Assembly (NCBI GenBank): GCA_040383605.1
Contig: JBEIDF010000002.1
Coordinates: forward strand, 6,769 to 70,768
Direction: 5' to 3'
DNA: 64,000 nucleotides
DNA from: Lewinellaceae bacterium
GTDB taxonomy: Bacteria; Bacteroidota; Bacteroidia; Chitinophagales; Saprospiraceae
Positions 51,492 to 61,200 of this stretch are shown here, piece after piece; the first letter of the stretch is position 1; every line of letters begins with the position of its first letter. Under the pieces are notes generated by a model. It saw nothing but the letters and a program-made list of their open reading frames with translations. It had not been told where the DNA came from and made no database searches. Position numbers and translations under genes: made by a program.

Positions 51492-52661
51492 ATGGTTCGA
51501 TATATCGTATTTTTTTGTGTTTTTTTTGTGTTTTTCGCGCAGTTGGCGGCGCAGGCCGACTCGACCGCCGTTTCGCCCTGGCATTTGCGCGGGTATGTGA
51601 AAAACCTGCAACTGTGGAATTTCAGCAGCGATCGAAACAGCCTGCTGTCCGGCGGCTTTTTTCACCACCGGTTGCAGCTGCGGTATGCGCCGGGGAACGC
51701 CTGGAGTTGGCAGGCCGATATTCGAAACCGGCTTTTTTACGGCGAGTGGGTGCGCGCGCAGCCGTACCTGCCGGATCAGTTGGATGCCGACAATGGGCTA
51801 CTCGACCTGTCGTTCGTGCCGGTCAGTCGCCCCGCCCTGGTTGGCAGTGTCCTGATAGACCGTTTATACGGGCAGTTTCAGCGCGGCCGCTGGCAAGTCC
51901 GCCTGGGCCGTCAGCGGATAAATTGGGGCATGGCGCTGATCTGGAATCCGAACGATTGGTTTAATGCGTATAATTTTCTCGACTTCGACTACGAGGAGCG
52001 GCCCGGCAGCGATGCGCTCCGCGTGCAGTACCAAACCGGCGGTTTCGGCAATTTGGAACTGGCCCTCAGCAGCGGCGGAAGCGGCGCGGGGCGGCAGATC
52101 GGCGCCCTGCGGTACGGGACGCATACGGGCCGTTTCGACTGGCAGATATTGGCCGGCGTGTATCGCCGCTATGTAGCCCTGGGCGCCGGCTGGGCCGGCG
52201 ACGTGGGTAAGTTTGGCTTCAAAGGCGAGACAAGCTTGTTCCAGCCCCTGCAGTCGGACAGCCTGGAAACTATCCTCAGCGCGACCCTCAGCCTCGACTA
52301 CATGACCCAAAAACAATTATTTCTTTCTGCCGGCTTGTTAATTAACACCAACGGACAGGGCGGCGCGACGGATTTGGCGCGCCTGAGCCAGACCAACTTG
52401 TCGCCGACCAACCTCATGCCCGGAAAAGCTTCTTTCCTCGTATCGGCCAATTATCCGTTCACGCCCTTGCTCACCGGCAGTTGGACAACGGTATATGCGC
52501 CCAACGGCCACCTGCTGATCTGCATACCGGCGCTGGGCTGGTCCGTCGCCGAAAATTTTGATCTTGACCTCACCGGCCAATTTTTTTGGCTGGAGGAATC
52601 GGGCGGTAGTTTTGGCAACGCTGGCAACGGACTGTTCCTGCGCGGGCGATGGAGCTATTGA
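51492..52661 (+). CDS. Hypothetical outer-membrane beta-barrel protein
   Basis: It has a signal peptide (FFVFFAQLAAQ) and alternating beta-strand patterns. The C-terminal LFLRGRWSY ends in an aromatic residue. Confidence 0.6.
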   Translation: MVRYIVFFCVFFVFFAQLAAQADSTAVSPWHLRGYVKNLQLWNFSSDRNSLLSGGFFHHRLQLRYAPGNAWSWQADIRNRLFYGEWVRAQPYLPDQLDADNGLLDLSFVPVSRPALVGSVLIDRLYGQFQRGRWQVRLGRQRINWGMALIWNPNDWFNAYNFLDFDYEERPGSDALRVQYQTGGFGNLELALSSGGSGAGRQIGALRYGTHTGRFDWQILAGVYRRYVALGAGWAGDVGKFGFKGETSLFQPLQSDSLETILSATLSLDYMTQKQLFLSAGLLINTNGQGGATDLARLSQTNLSPTNLMPGKASFLVSANYPFTPLLTGSWTTVYAPNGHLLICIPALGWSVAENFDLDLTGQFFWLEESGGSFGNAGNGLFLRGRWSY

Positions 52662-52737
52662 TCGCTATTTCTTTACCTTTGCCGCCGTACGGATCCAATC
52701 AATCCGCAGCCCTGCTCATCGTATAATATCGCCCGTT

Positions 52738-53559
52738 TTGAATTTGATCATCCTCGCCCCGGGAACACCGTTTCCCGACCCTTTCCCCCAAGGCGCCATC
52801 CTGCTTGTGGACAAGCCCATTGCCTGGACCTCCTTCGACGTCGTCAACAAAATCCGGTTTCTCCTGTGTCGGCGCCTGGGCATAAAAAAACTCAAAATTG
52901 GCCATGCCGGCACCCTCGACCCCCTGGCCACCGGATTGCTGATCCTCTGTACCGGCGATTACACCAAAAAAATAGAATATTTCCAGGAAATGACCAAAGA
53001 ATACACCGGCACCCTCACCCTGGGCGCCGTTACGGCCTCCTATGATTTGGAAAAACCGGTGGAGCAGACCTTCCCGGTCGCGCACATCAGCCCGGAACTA
53101 ACGGAAGCGGTTCGCCGCCGTTTTATCGGCCCCATCCAACAAATACCGCCTGTTTTCTCCGCCATAAAAGTGGACGGCAAGCGGCTCTACAAAAACGCCC
53201 GCACGGGTGAAACCGTGCAAATTGAGCCGCGCACCGTGACGATTTTCGAACTCGAACTGTCCAACCTGCGTCCCGCGCCCCCACAAACCCGGCAGGAACC
53301 CCTCATTTTGAATGACAAAGGCGCGCCGATCCGTCAATATCCCGACTATCCCGACGGCCTGCAACTTGATTTCCGCACCTGCTGCAGCAAAGGAACCTAT
53401 ATCCGCTCGCTCGCGTACGATATTGGACAGGCCCTCGACAGCGGCGCCTATCTAAGCAGCCTCCGGCGCACCCAAACCGGCGGATTCTCTGTGGAGGACG
53501 CCTGGCAGGTTGCCGATTTGATCGCCTGGATTCAGACCGCCCGCCCGGATAATCCGTGA
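52738..53559 (+). CDS. truB: tRNA pseudouridine(55) synthase TruB
   Basis: The motifs LLVDKPIAWTSFDVV and GHAGTLDPLATGLLILCTG (catalytic Asp) are present. There is no in-frame ATG after the upstream gene ends, so I infer a TTG start at 52738 (or 52744). Confidence 0.85.
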   Translation: MNLIILAPGTPFPDPFPQGAILLVDKPIAWTSFDVVNKIRFLLCRRLGIKKLKIGHAGTLDPLATGLLILCTGDYTKKIEYFQEMTKEYTGTLTLGAVTASYDLEKPVEQTFPVAHISPELTEAVRRRFIGPIQQIPPVFSAIKVDGKRLYKNARTGETVQIEPRTVTIFELELSNLRPAPPQTRQEPLILNDKGAPIRQYPDYPDGLQLDFRTCCSKGTYIRSLAYDIGQALDSGAYLSSLRRTQTGGFSVEDAWQVADLIAWIQTARPDNP

Positions 53560-53596
53560 TCGCCCGGCGTGCCCGTATAAATTTATCAAACTTCAT

Positions 53597-53627
53597 TTTG
53601 GGAATAAAAAGGATTGTCGTATCTTTG
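53597..53627 (+). promoter_or_regulatory. Consensus Bacteroidota promoter for rpsU (-33 TTTG, 19-nt spacer, -7 TAtcTTTG)
   Basis: TTTG lies at 53597-53600 and TATCTTTG at 53620-53627, 52 nt upstream of the rpsU ATG. Confidence 0.5.
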
Positions 53628-53678
53628 CAGCCCGAAATCAAAAACATTCAATTTTTTCACCAAAAAAGAAGTATTTAC

Positions 53679-53873
53679 ATGCTGATCGTTCCGGTCAAAG
53701 ACGGCGAGCCCATTGACAAAGCGTTGAAGAAGTACAAACGCAAATTCGAGCGCGCGGGTATCCTGAAAGAGCTGCGTCGCCGCAAAGCGTTCGCAAAGCC
53801 CTCCGTGGAGCGCCGCACAGAAGTCCTCAAAGCAATTTACAAAGAGGAAATGTACGGCAACAAGAACGATTAA
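53679..53873 (+). CDS. rpsU: 30S ribosomal protein S21
   Basis: The sequence MLIVPVKDGEPIDKALKKYKRKFERAGILKELRRRKAFAKPS is canonical S21, and the protein is 64 aa. Confidence 0.92.
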   Translation: MLIVPVKDGEPIDKALKKYKRKFERAGILKELRRRKAFAKPSVERRTEVLKAIYKEEMYGNKND

Positions 53874-53890
53874 TTCCGTATCTTTACGGA

Positions 53891-54784
53891 ATGTTCCACG
53901 AGGAATCGTTTCTGAATTATTTAGCGTCCGCGCGGCGTTTGTCGCCGCATACGCTGCTTGCATATCGCAACGATCTGTTGCAATTTCTGAATTTTCTTAG
54001 GAATATTCAATGCCTTACCTCGGTCGCCGAGGTGAGGCATCTCCATATACGGGCCTGGGTTGTGGAGCAGATGCAAGCGGGCCAAAGTCCCCGCAGCGTG
54101 AACCGGCGGCTTTCCTGTTTAAAGCGTTATTTCAAATATTTAAGGCAGCGCGCGTTGCTGGACAAGGACCCGATGCGCAAAGTGGCGGGGCCGCGCAGCG
54201 GCAAGCGGCTTCCGGTGTTTATTCCGGAAGCGCAGTTGTCGGAGCTATTCCGATTTGTGGAATTTGGGCCTGAATACCTGTCGCAGTGCCGGCGTATGAT
54301 ACTCGAAATTTTGTACGGCACGGGGATTCGGCGCGGCGAGCTGATCCAGATCCGGTGCGCCGACGTGGATTTGGGCCGTGGTGTGCTTCGTATTCATGGC
54401 AAGGGCGGCAAGGAGCGCCTGGCCCCGCTCGCTCCGTACCTGATTCGCCTGTTGGAGGATTTTTTGCAACTGCGTCAGGCTACTTTTGCGGATCATCCGG
54501 CGCCCTGGCTGTTGCTGACCCCATCCGGCGCCCAACTCTCCCCCGGTTTTGTGTACTATTCCGTGAAAAAATACCTGTCGGCGGTTACCACGGTGGAGCA
54601 ACGCAGTCCGCACGTGCTGCGCCATTCCTTTGCCACCCACCTGTCGAACGCCGGCGCCGACCTCAACGCCGTCAAAGAACTCCTCGGCCATGCCAGCCTC
54701 GCCGCCACCCAGGTGTATATGCACAATTCAATTGAACGGTTGAAAAAGGTGTATGCACAGGCGCATCCGAAAGCGGAAGAATGA
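53891..54784 (+). CDS. Tyrosine site-specific recombinase, XerC/XerD type
   Basis: It has an N-terminal SAM-like domain. The catalytic residues lie in the contexts GIRRGEL, LRHSFATHL and LGHASLAATQVYMH. The rpsU-xer linkage is common in Bacteroidota. Confidence 0.88.
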   Translation: MFHEESFLNYLASARRLSPHTLLAYRNDLLQFLNFLRNIQCLTSVAEVRHLHIRAWVVEQMQAGQSPRSVNRRLSCLKRYFKYLRQRALLDKDPMRKVAGPRSGKRLPVFIPEAQLSELFRFVEFGPEYLSQCRRMILEILYGTGIRRGELIQIRCADVDLGRGVLRIHGKGGKERLAPLAPYLIRLLEDFLQLRQATFADHPAPWLLLTPSGAQLSPGFVYYSVKKYLSAVTTVEQRSPHVLRHSFATHLSNAGADLNAVKELLGHASLAATQVYMHNSIERLKKVYAQAHPKAEE

Positions 54785-54786
54785 AT

Positions 54787-54829
54787 GAATTGGGGATTGG
54801 GGATTGCGGATTGCGGATTGGGGATTTGG
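54787..54829. repeat. Longest heptamer array, (GATTGSG)x5-6, followed by a T6 run
   Basis: The sequence gaattggggattggggattgcggattgcggattggggatttgg begins 3 nt after the recombinase stop. Confidence 0.8.
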
Positions 54830-54924
54830 TTTTTTATAACACTTATGATAAAATCGGGTTAAACCGGCCGGCGGTCTATGGGGTCTGTATGCAGATATTC
54901 GTTCTTTGCAGAAAAATTGAATCT

Positions 54925-55467
54925 ATGCGCGCAACCTACTTTTTTCTCCTGCTGATCATCGGCGCCCTGAGCGCTTGCACGCCCCGCATGACCACCTTTA
55001 CGGAAGATCTTTACCGAGACTACAATTGGAAAGAGGCGGATCTCAAAAAAATTCAATTTTACCTTGCAGACGACCTGACGCTCTACCGCGACCTGGATGA
55101 GGAGGGCGCTGTGCGCATCAGCGGGGGCGAAATCCGAATTCGCGATGGCAAAAAAGTGGAGGAAATTCGTTTCCGCGCCGGCACGCCGGGAGTCTATCTG
55201 TTCCAACCCAAGGAAGGGCACTTTGCCATCAGCTTCGAACCAGGCGACGATAGCCGCTACCTCGTGTTCGGCCCCAATCCAAAGTTCGAGGGCCGCTATA
55301 TGCTCCTGGCCTCTGAATGGAACCGCCGGCGCCAGGGGAAGGTCACGTATGCCGGAGAGCGTTTCTGGACTGATTCCGCCGTTATTCCACGTTTGCAAGT
55401 GGATCTTCGCAAAACCGGCAACTACCAACGCAGCGCCCGGACGGTGAAGGGCAGACGAATTGAGTAA
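54925..55467 (+). CDS. Hypothetical lipoprotein (180 aa)
   Basis: It has a lipobox (LLIIGALSAC). The start is at the ATG at 54925, because the upstream part of the ORF is translated heptamer repeat. Confidence 0.6.
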   Translation: MRATYFFLLLIIGALSACTPRMTTFTEDLYRDYNWKEADLKKIQFYLADDLTLYRDLDEEGAVRISGGEIRIRDGKKVEEIRFRAGTPGVYLFQPKEGHFAISFEPGDDSRYLVFGPNPKFEGRYMLLASEWNRRRQGKVTYAGERFWTDSAVIPRLQVDLRKTGNYQRSARTVKGRRIE

Positions 55468-55523
55468 CGGAATTTTTTAAAACAAAAAATTTTAACTATT
55501 CCCGCATATTTCGCGTAAATGCG

Positions 55524-55531
55524 TATTTTTG
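55524..55531 (+). promoter_or_regulatory. Candidate -7 promoter element TAttTTTG upstream of recN
   Basis: It matches TAnnTTTG exactly, 134 nt upstream of the recN ATG. This implies a long leader. Confidence 0.35.
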
Positions 55532-55664
55532 CAACTCGTTATTGCCTAAGCGTTTGTTCAAAATCTGAACAAGCGCCCACCTGAGTTGCCGCATAAAGTA
55601 CGTCCAGGCGGCGCCCTGCTGCGCAATTTCGGCAAATGTAACATCAGATGCACCGACGTAAAAC

Positions 55665-57320
55665 ATGCTGAAACGCCTGCATATCCGCAACTACGCACTG
55701 ATCGAAGCGCTGCAAATTGATTTTTCAGACCGCCTGACGATCATCACCGGCGAAACCGGCGCCGGAAAATCTATCCTCCTTGGCGCGCTCGGTCTTATCA
55801 TGGGCGAACGCGCCGACAGCAAAATGTTTTATAACCAGTCAGAAAAATGCGTGGTGGAAGGCGCCTTTGAAGTGTCGGCGTATGATCTGGATGACTTTTT
55901 TTCGGAACACGAACTAGATTACGATCCGGAGGTAGTCATTCGGCGCGAAATCACGCCGGCCGGTAAAAGCCGGGCCTTCGTCAACGATACGCCCGTCAGC
56001 AATCAGGTGCTTCAACGCCTTACGGAAGCGCTGGTGGATCGCCACCAGCAGTTCGATGTGCTGGATATCCACCATGTCAATTTCCAACTCCGCATGATTG
56101 ACGCGCTGGCTGATAATTCCGCCCGCCTGAAATCGTACCAGACCGCTTTTAAACAATACAACGCAAGCCGCAAACGCCTGCAGGAACTCCAGGAACGCAG
56201 CGAAACCGGCGCCCGGGAACTGGATTTTGTCCGCTTCCAACTCGACGAACTGGAAAAAGCCGCCCTCGAAGCCGGCGAACAGGAACGCCTCGAAGCCGAA
56301 CTGGCGCTCCTCAACAGCGCCGAAGATATTAAACGCGCCGCCGCCACGGCATACGGATACCTGCTCGAAAATGAGCCCTCCATCCTCAGCAGCCTCAAGG
56401 AAATCAGCCGAAAATTCCAAGCCTCCCGCAAACATGCCAAATCGCTGGACGAACTGGCTGGTCGGCTCGATTCCACGCTGATCGAACTCGAGGAAATCGC
56501 CAAAGACTGCGAACGCCTCGCCGATCAGGTAGAATACGACCCGCAGCGCATTCAGGAAATTCAGGAGCGCCTGAATACCCTCTATAAATTGCAGAAAAAA
56601 CACAACGCCACCACCACGGCCGAACTGCTGCTGCTCCGGGATCAACTCGCCCAACAACTCGGCGGATTCAGCGACCTGGGCGAGCAAATCGCCCGCCTCG
56701 AGTCGGAAGTCGCTGCACTCGAAACGCAACTCCGCCAAGCCGCCGCCGTACTCAGCGCGGAACGCAGGAAAGTCACCGCCGGATTTGAAGAAAAGGTGCA
56801 CGGCCTCCTGGCCCAACTCGCCATGCCGCACGCCCGCCTGCAGGTGGATATCCGGGAATCGGATCGCCTGAACAATACCGGGACGGATGAGGTGCAGTTT
56901 CTCTTCGCTTCGAATGTCGGCAGCCGCTTCCAGCCGATCCGGGACGTTGCCTCGGGCGGTGAACTGGCCCGCCTCACGCTCTGTACCAAAAGCTTGGTGG
57001 CAGATGCGATCCCGCTCCCCACGCTCGTCTTCGATGAAATTGACACCGGCATCAGCGGGGATGTGTCGCTCAAAATGGGCCACATCCTCCGCGATCTCGC
57101 CCAAAGACACCAGGTAGTCAGTATCACGCACACGCCGCAGGTCGCCGCCAAAGCCGATAAACATTATTTTGTCTATAAAAAAGTGGAAGAAAACCGAACG
57201 GTCACGCATGTGCGCCTGCTCTCCGATGCAGAACGCGTGCGCGCGATCGCCGTGATGCTGAGCGGAAATCCGCCCAGCGACTCGGCAATGACCACTGCTT
57301 CCGAATTAATACAAAACTAA
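55665..57320 (+). CDS. recN: DNA repair protein RecN
   Basis: It has the N-terminus MLKRLHIRNYALIE..L.I.F...L.IITGETGAGKSIL, a long coiled-coil and the C-terminal motifs SGGELARL and LVFDEID. Confidence 0.92.
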   Translation: MLKRLHIRNYALIEALQIDFSDRLTIITGETGAGKSILLGALGLIMGERADSKMFYNQSEKCVVEGAFEVSAYDLDDFFSEHELDYDPEVVIRREITPAGKSRAFVNDTPVSNQVLQRLTEALVDRHQQFDVLDIHHVNFQLRMIDALADNSARLKSYQTAFKQYNASRKRLQELQERSETGARELDFVRFQLDELEKAALEAGEQERLEAELALLNSAEDIKRAAATAYGYLLENEPSILSSLKEISRKFQASRKHAKSLDELAGRLDSTLIELEEIAKDCERLADQVEYDPQRIQEIQERLNTLYKLQKKHNATTTAELLLLRDQLAQQLGGFSDLGEQIARLESEVAALETQLRQAAAVLSAERRKVTAGFEEKVHGLLAQLAMPHARLQVDIRESDRLNNTGTDEVQFLFASNVGSRFQPIRDVASGGELARLTLCTKSLVADAIPLPTLVFDEIDTGISGDVSLKMGHILRDLAQRHQVVSITHTPQVAAKADKHYFVYKKVEENRTVTHVRLLSDAERVRAIAVMLSGNPPSDSAMTTASELIQN

Positions 57321-57361
57321 AAAATCCCAAGCGCGTGCTGCATACGCGCTTGCGCTACCGC

Positions 57362-58192
57362 ATGGACTACTGGCAATACGCGCTCCGCACCGGCCCCGAA
57401 ACGGCCGAAATCCTGATGGCCTTTCTTTCCGATTCGCCGTTTGATACCTTCGAAGAAACGCCGGAAGGCCTCAATGCCTTTCTACCGGCTTCCGCCGACC
57501 CCGCAGTCGCGGAGGCGCTTCTGCAGGATTTGCAGGCGCAATTCCCATTCGAATGGGAACGCGCGCATATTCCCGGCCAAAACTGGAACGAACTCTGGGA
57601 GTCCAATTTTGAACCGGTGATTGTCGGGGATTTCTGTGCGGTTCGCGCGGAATTTCACGCGCCGATCCCCGGAACTCGGCACGAACTGGTGATTCAACCA
57701 CGCATGGCCTTCGGCACGGGACATCACGAAACGACCTGGATGTGCCTGGCTGCCATGGAGCGGCTGCCGATCGCCGACGGTAAACTGCTCGATTATGGCT
57801 GCGGTACCGGTATTTTGGCCATCCTGGCCGCGCAACTGGGCGCTGAAGAGGTTGAAGCGGTAGATATCGAACAGGAATCGTACCAAAATACGCTGGACAA
57901 TGCCGTCGCAAACGGCGTCCGCAATATCATCGCCCGCTGCGGTACGCTCACTGCCGTCCAAGGCCGCGATTTCGACGGTATTTTTGCAAATATTAACCGA
58001 AATGTCATCCTGGATTCGCTCGAAACGCTCGCGCAGATTATCCGACCGGGCGGTTGGCTGCTGAGTTCCGGCTTTATGCCGGCCGACCGCGAAATCATCC
58101 TGGAAGCCGCAAAAAACGCCGGCTTCGACTACGTGCAGGAACAACAAAAAGGGTACTGGTTGTGTGTGGAATTTCGAAAAAAGGCTGAATAA
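57362..58192 (+). CDS. prmA: Ribosomal protein L11 methyltransferase
   Basis: The motifs FGTGHHETT and LLDYGCGTGILAI (SAM motif I) are present. The start is at the ATG at 57362; an alternative GTG lies at 57335. Confidence 0.88.
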   Translation: MDYWQYALRTGPETAEILMAFLSDSPFDTFEETPEGLNAFLPASADPAVAEALLQDLQAQFPFEWERAHIPGQNWNELWESNFEPVIVGDFCAVRAEFHAPIPGTRHELVIQPRMAFGTGHHETTWMCLAAMERLPIADGKLLDYGCGTGILAILAAQLGAEEVEAVDIEQESYQNTLDNAVANGVRNIIARCGTLTAVQGRDFDGIFANINRNVILDSLETLAQIIRPGGWLLSSGFMPADREIILEAAKNAGFDYVQEQQKGYWLCVEFRKKAE

Positions 58193-58289
58193 ACCTTTCC
58201 ACTTTCCGGCCTTGCGCATAAACTACCCGCCCGTTCCGTTTTATCTACTTTATTTCACCGTTCTCGTCGGTTCAACCAAATCTAAGACC

Positions 58290-61200
58290 ATGACGCGTTT
58301 TTTCAGCTGCTTCGCATGCCTCTTCTGCCTGGCACTCTCCAGCGCTTCGGCGCAATTGCCAACCTCTTTTCCGGAAAATCCCACCGAGTTTACCGCTGCG
58401 CTGGGAGAATTTATGACCGCCGGGAAAAGGCCTGATATGGAGGCTTCGTTCGCTGCGTTTAAAACACGCCAAAAAAGCGGACAAATCAGCGAGGCGCGTA
58501 TGCAGCGAATTGTCAGGCTGAGCAATGTGCTCGCCGCGCAGCGGCTGTCTCCCTTTCCCTACTATCTCCACTATGTGGACGCGGTCACGTCGGCACTGGC
58601 CGATCCCGATTCCCTGCTGTTTGATCGTTGGCATACGTTGGCTGAACAAACGCTCGGCGCGATTGAGCGCGGAAAGACGAAGCCGCTTGGTCAGTTTTTG
58701 GAGTTTTCCGCCGATTTTATGGCGGAGCGGGCTTTTAAACGCGGCGAAGGCGGTTCCGTAACCTGGCGTATTCGCGGCGGAAATTACCGCTTCGATTATT
58801 TGGACAGTAAGCCCCGGGTCGTCTGCGAGGCCGTGGAACTGATCGGCGCCCGAAAGCAGGACTCGATCGTCGTGCTGGATGCGAACGGAACGTACTATCC
58901 CCTCGAGCAGATTTGGATCGGCGAAAAAGGCAAGGTTACCTGGGAAGCTGCCGGCCTGGATCCCTCCGTGTATGCCCAACTCAAAAATTTCCGCATCGAG
59001 GCCCAAAAACCGCTGTTTCAGTGCGACAGCGTGCTGCTGTACTACCCGCTCTATTTCCCCAAAGGCCCTGTTGTGGGCAAATTTGAACACAACGTCGTGA
59101 TTGGCGGGGGCGGCCAATTTCCCAAATTCGAATCCTTCGACCGCAACCTGACCATCAGCAAACTCGGCGAAGGCATCGAATACGTAGGCGGCTTCCGGCT
59201 GTCCGGCAGTTCGCTGTACGGCTATGGAAACAAAAGCGAGCCGGCGCGCGTCACGATGTACAGCAAAAAACGGAAGAAGGTTTTTTACGGCGCCGGTGAA
59301 TTATTCATTATTAAACGCGAAACAAGCCTGATTGCGGAAGGGGTAGACGCCAAGTTGTTCATGGATAACGACAGCCTGTACCACCCCGCCGTGGGTTTGC
59401 GCGTGGATATCCCCAAAGAAATCATCCAACTGACCCGCGGACAGAAGGGCTCGGAACGCAATCCTTTTTTCTCCTCCTTTTATAACATGAACCTCGACGC
59501 CGAGACCATTACCTGGTATTTTAACATGGACTCCCTGGAAATCGGCGCCCGCAGCGTGATGGCCCGGGGCGTTCCGCAAAAGGTGCAGTTTGAAAGCTCA
59601 AACCGCTTCGACGCCAAGGAGTATATCCAACTGCAAAATATTGCCAGCCAGAATCCGATCTCCACGCTGTACATCCTGCACTTGGAAACCGGCAGCCGGA
59701 TTTTATCCGACGACGCCTTCGCGGAGCGCTTGAACCCGAAGTTTGATTACTCGAGTATCCAAACCGTGCTCGCTGAAATGGTGGCAAAGGGCTTTATCAA
59801 TTATTATTTTGACCGCCACGAGATTGAACTGCGCGATAAACTGATTCACTATGCCCTTGCAAGCCAGGGTAAGAAGGACTTTGACGCCATTAATATTGTC
59901 TCGGAAAGTATGGAAACCAATGCCCAGCTCGATCTGCGCACCAAGGAAACGAAAATCAACGAGGTAAAAAATATCGAACTCAGCAGCCGCCAACGCGTGG
60001 CGCTCGTGCCGGAAGGCCGGGCGCTTACCCTGCTCCAAAACCGCGACATGCGCTTCACCGGCCGTTTGTTTGCCGGCTACGCCTTGTTTGAAGGCAAGGA
60101 TATGCACTTCACCTACGATAAATACCAAGTGGAATTCGATTCGGTGCGAAACCTGGATTTTTACCTTCCCACTGGAAAGTCCGATAAAAATAACCAGCCG
60201 GTCGCCTTGGCGATGAACTCAACTATCGAATACGTTTCCGGCGTGCTGCTGGTGGATGCGCCCAGTAATAAATCCGGTAAGGAAGACCTGAGTATATTTC
60301 CTTCCCTGCAATCGCAGAAAAATGCCTTTGTGTATTACGAACGCCCCGCAATTCAGGGCGGCGTCTATAAACGCGATTCGTTTTTTTTTAAACTCGATCC
60401 CTTTTCCTTCAATGGGTTAGACAGCTACACGCCGGCGGATTTGAAATTCAAAGGCGAGATGCAATCTGCTGAAATTTTTCCGCCTTTCCGCGAGACAATC
60501 ATTGTACGCGAGCAGGACAAATCGTTCGGCTATATCCACAAAACGCCCGCCGCCGGCTATCCAGCCTATTCAAAAAAAGGAAAATACACCGGCGACGTGG
60601 ATCTGAGCAATCAGGGATTCCTCGGCCTCGGCAAGGTCGAATACCTGACGGCAGATATCGAATCGGAGGACATTATTTTCCGGCCCCGGCAGATGACCTG
60701 CACCGCCCGCCGCTTTTTCATGGAAGAAGATCGCGCAGGCGCCGTCAAAGTGCCGCAGGCAAAGGGGCAGGATGTAAAGGTGAACTGGCTTCCGTACCGC
60801 GATTCGATGTATGTGGAAAGCAAAGCGAAAGACTTTGAACTGTTTAAACAGCCCGGCTATACCCACCAGGGTATCCTGATTCTGACGCCCTCCGGTCTGA
60901 AAGGAAACGGCCGTTTCGACTGGGCGGAAGGCCGACTGATTTCCAGCCTGATTTCTTATGGCCCTTTCCAGGCTAAAGCAGACACGGCGAACCTCCAGAT
61001 CAAAGCGCTTTCGGGCAGTGATATCGTGTTCGACTCTAAAAATGTGCGGGGCGAGTTGGATTTTGATCGCCTGACCGGCGAATTTAAAGCGAATACCGCC
61101 GATGCCAACACCGAGATGCCGCTGAACCGATACCGCACCTCCATGAACGAGTTTTCGTGGGATATGCGGGCAAAAACGATTACGTTCAAAACCGATGAGC

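Noticed and set aside
52558-52737. The TruB ORF extends 180 nt upstream and overlaps the preceding OMP gene, which could suggest a frameshift or fusion.
   Set aside because: The extension is simply the open frame before the real start. The conserved TruB sequence starts near 52780, and a TTG at 52738 gives a normal-length protein.
53891-54784. The tyrosine recombinase could mark an integrated mobile element.
   Set aside because: It has XerC/D-type motifs and sits in the housekeeping rpsU-xer context. No att-like direct repeats, tRNA, phage, conjugation or cargo genes flank it.
54781-54924. N-terminal ORF extensions and small ORFs run across heptamer arrays (54781-54924, 11357-11464, 44104-44340, 37112-37564, 37228-37437) and give GIGD/GLRIGD/IRIGD peptides.
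   Set aside because: These are translations of the non-coding GATTGSG repeat. Proper signal peptides or conserved N-termini begin at downstream ATGs.
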